Assembly: GCA_963843145.1 (NCBI GenBank)
Contig: CAWJJC010000022.1
Coordinates: forward strand, 416,001-480,000
Direction: 5' to 3'
Source: an uncultured delta proteobacterium
GTDB lineage: Bacteria > Desulfobacterota > RBG-13-43-22
Length of the DNA: 64,000 nucleotides
The translations under genes were made by a program, and so were the position numbers. Shown here one piece after another: positions 61,775-64,000 of the stretch (the first letter of the stretch is position 1; every line of letters starts with the position of its first letter). The notes under the pieces are model-generated. The model had not been told where the DNA came from. It made no database searches and saw nothing but the letters and a program-made list of their open reading frames with translations.

Positions 61775-61995
61775 GAGATAGCAGCCCGCGCTCGGCGAAG
61801 TACTTCTTTCGCCGGTATCTCAGTCACCTGCCCCCGCTCCATCTCGTCAAGGCGGCGTTCCGCTTCCTCAAGCCACAACGCCTCGACCTCCGCTTCAGAT
61901 AACTCGTCGAGGCTCTCGACTATCCACTTTGCGAGCGCCGCCCGATCCTTCAAATCCAGTTTCTTGATCTCGGCTTCGATTTCTTTGAGGCTCAT
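61771..61995 (-). CDS. Addiction module antitoxin
   Basis: DRAALA, W.EEAERRL; overlaps the toxin start. Confidence 0.88.
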   Translation of the reverse strand: MSLKEIEAEIKKLDLKDRAALAKWIVESLDELSEAEVEALWLEEAERRLDEMERGQVTEIPAKEVLRRARAAIS

Positions 61996-62041
61996 AAGGT
62001 CACTCCTTTGTTGTTCACTACTATCAGGTCTCTCATTTCAT

Positions 62042-62134
62042 GCCCAACGCCCAAGCTGAGTGACAGCGGCCAGCGACGTTACCGCTAAGCGCCACCGCCT
62101 GCATCCCGCCGTCCATTCAGGCGCTTAGTTGGAT
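62042..62134 (-). other. Integron attC site (complete)
   Basis: R'' ATCCAAC, 5 nt, L'' GCCTGAAT ... L' ACTCAGC, 6 nt, R' GTTGGGC. Confidence 0.8.
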
Positions 62135-62185
62135 GCGGGAGAAATTTATCTTAGTAGAGAAAAATTCTCATACAATGCAGGGACG

Positions 62186-62457
62186 TTAGGCCTGAGAGTG
62201 GGCCTTAAGCCAGTCGCGTAGGGCATCGTTGATTCGAGACTGCCATCCTTTGCCCGTGGACTTGAAGGCGGAGAGTAGTAGGTCCAAAGAATGTTCACCG
62301 TCTTCTTCGGAGATTCCACCGTAGGCCGGCCGCGCCTGGGGAGCACCGCCATCAGCTCTGGGGGCAGCACCTTGGAGGCTGGTTTGAAATACTTGAAGTC
62401 ATCGGCGGCAAGTTCGCGGACCTCGCCGTCTTCGTCAGTCGGTAATTGTTTCGTCAT
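62186..62457 (-). pseudogene. BrnA antitoxin, frameshifted
   Basis: DEDGEVREL...RGRP then, in another frame, FKSTGKGWQSRINDALRDWL; stop lies inside GCCTAAC. Confidence 0.78.
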
Positions 62458-62664
62458 GGTTGGGTCAAAGTCGATTCTCCTAGAATTATTGTATCCACAA
62501 AAAATAAGGCCATCAACTCTTCCCTTAGGCATTCATCAATAATAATGCTTTTGTGGCCAATCGTTCGAGTTTATTCTTTTGCTCCGCTAAAGGGATCAAT
62601 ATTCTATATTAGCCTTCTTTCCATAATTCATACCCGGGCCATACCTCATGACTTGGCCCGGGAT

Positions 62665-63646
62665 CTATACCGAACATTTCGAAAACAGTTTCTCAAACAG
62701 CTTTTTCAAGGCCTCATCTTCCGCCATTCGGGACACCAGCCTTCTTCCTTTCCTGACTGACCGCGCTGCCGCCTATCCCGAAAAGGCTTCCGATCTCGTC
62801 TCCGGTCAATCCGCCTACCCGATACAGCAATTCCATGGCCAACCGGCGCCGGTCCCCCTTGGAAGATTTAAGCTCTTCCAAACTCAAACCGGTTTCCACT
62901 GCCAGAAATTCCAGGACCTGCTCCTTGGATCGATAGCGTTTCAAGGCGTTATATCCGCTGTAGTCCCCGACCGGCAGTTCCTTAATGTGTTTTTCCCGGA
63001 CCCATTGGATATAACCCGCTCGGCCCAGAACACACCCGCCGACTATTTTTCCTTTCAGTTCGAGGCCCCCGACGAGGTCCTCTCGGGTCCGTTTTCCATA
63101 ACCACGCCGTCCCTTTGGGTTGTCCCCGCCGAATTCACCCAAAACCAACCCGTAATCCACCCCCGGCCATCGGGCTTTGACATTCAAATATCCCGGTAGG
63201 GTGCTCCAAGGATAGTCCAGCAGATAGTGCCACCGGACTTTGGCGTCTTCCGATTCCAGCTCTCGGGTCCGGACCGGGTTCAAGTGGATATAGCGGGACA
63301 GCTCGGACAGATAACTCTCTTTTTCCACCAGAATGCTTTTATACCGGCCTTGGTACAAGTGGCCCACCCGCCCGTGCCGGCGGTTGAAATAGCCGGTATA
63401 GGTGATGTTAAACCGCCGCATGAATTCGTTCAAATTGCCCAGAGGGGTCTCCAGCAACAAATGAAAATGGTTCCCCATCAAAACCCCGGCATGCATCTTC
63501 ACGTTATAGATGATTAGGGACCCCGCCAGGATTTCCAGGAATTCCGTCCGGTCCGTATCGTCCCGGAAGATGTCCTGACGGTCATTGCCCCGGCAGGTGA
63601 CGTGATATAACGCCCCGGGATATCGGATGCGCAAAGGTCGGCTCAT
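62665..63646 (-). mobile_element. RAYT-like Y1 (HUH) transposase with C-terminal HTH; 1-bp frameshift near the 3' end
   Basis: MSRPLRI.YPGA.YHVT.RGN, NHFHLL, GHLYQGRY, YIHLNP, YPWS. Confidence 0.88.
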
Positions 63647-63705
63647 GGAATCTCTGTATCAATATGGAATGGAGGATGTCAATACTAAAGATTTGACCCC
63701 TTTTT

Positions 63706-63758
63706 GCGCTGGTTAAGCGGCGTCGCGCCGCGCTGTTCGCTGGAACCGTTTGTAAGGC
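63706..63758 (-). other. Integron attC site lacking its R' box
   Basis: GCCTTAC, 5 nt, GTTCCAGC ... GCTTAAC, 6 nt, then AAAAAGGGGTCAAATC instead of GTTRRRY. Confidence 0.65.
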
Positions 63759-63781
63759 GACCGTCTCATGTTGATCCTCGT

Positions 63782-64000
63782 TCATCGCTCGCCCCTTGCT
63801 TGGTCGAAGCGCGCAAGGTAAGCCGCATAGTCAATCGCTGGCGCGGTAGCCAGGAGTTGGAGCTGCTTGAGTAGACGAAATAAAAACTGTACGAGCGAAC
63901 GCGGCCCTTCGGCGACTGCGACCTCGACGGGGTGTCCGGTGCGATAGTTGGCCTCGAACGCGCCGTGCACAAGGGCGCACCCGACGTCGAGCTGTGCCTC
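63782..64000 (-). CDS. 3' end of a cassette gene, possibly DUF6602-like
   Basis: LDVGCAL.HGAF...FLFRLLKQLQ...PAIDY..Y; runs off the window. Confidence 0.5.
   Translation of the reverse strand, partial: EAQLDVGCALVHGAFEANYRTGHPVEVAVAEGPRSLVQFLFRLLKQLQLLATAPAIDYAAYLARFDQARGER

Noticed and set aside
62461-62470. GGGTCAAAG as the second terminal inverted repeat of the transposase element
   Set aside because: Only an 8-bp match, better explained as BrnT-like codons (DFDP)
1-64000. tRNA/rRNA genes
   Set aside because: No cloverleaf or rRNA signature seen by eye; tRNAscan-SE and barrnap not run

Overview
Bacterial chromosomal window. Gene content and style (sigma-54 activator, REC-GAF regulators, xsc, DUF2889/DUF169 proteins) suggest an anaerobic Desulfobacterota-like organism; this is inference. 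Most genes are housekeeping or metabolic (icd, thiolase, kdsB, fbaA, glgX, nadE, glpK, xsc, acyl-CoA ligases), with several toxin-antitoxin pairs, many intergenic palindromic repeats, and an integron-type cassette array at the right end. Several genes are split by 1-bp indels that are probably sequencing errors. Best candidate for a new system: an unannotated 40-aa ORF (40234-40356, minus strand) ending C-H-K-TGA-K-G-TGA-K-S-TAA, followed by a SECIS-like hairpin and lying upstream of a radical SAM/SPASM gene, i.e. a putative selenocysteine-containing RiPP precursor with its maturase. Other highlights: a ~320-nt covarying structured element present twice, about 25 nt upstream of an Fe-ADH gene and of glpK; a Y1 transposase element abutting an attC site where its R' box should be; a porin-ApbE-thioredoxin/FMN/CxxCH cluster; and a DUF2889-PHP/DUF169-CoaE/radical SAM cluster. 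No tRNA, rRNA or CRISPR array was seen. All family calls are from motif recognition, not database searches.
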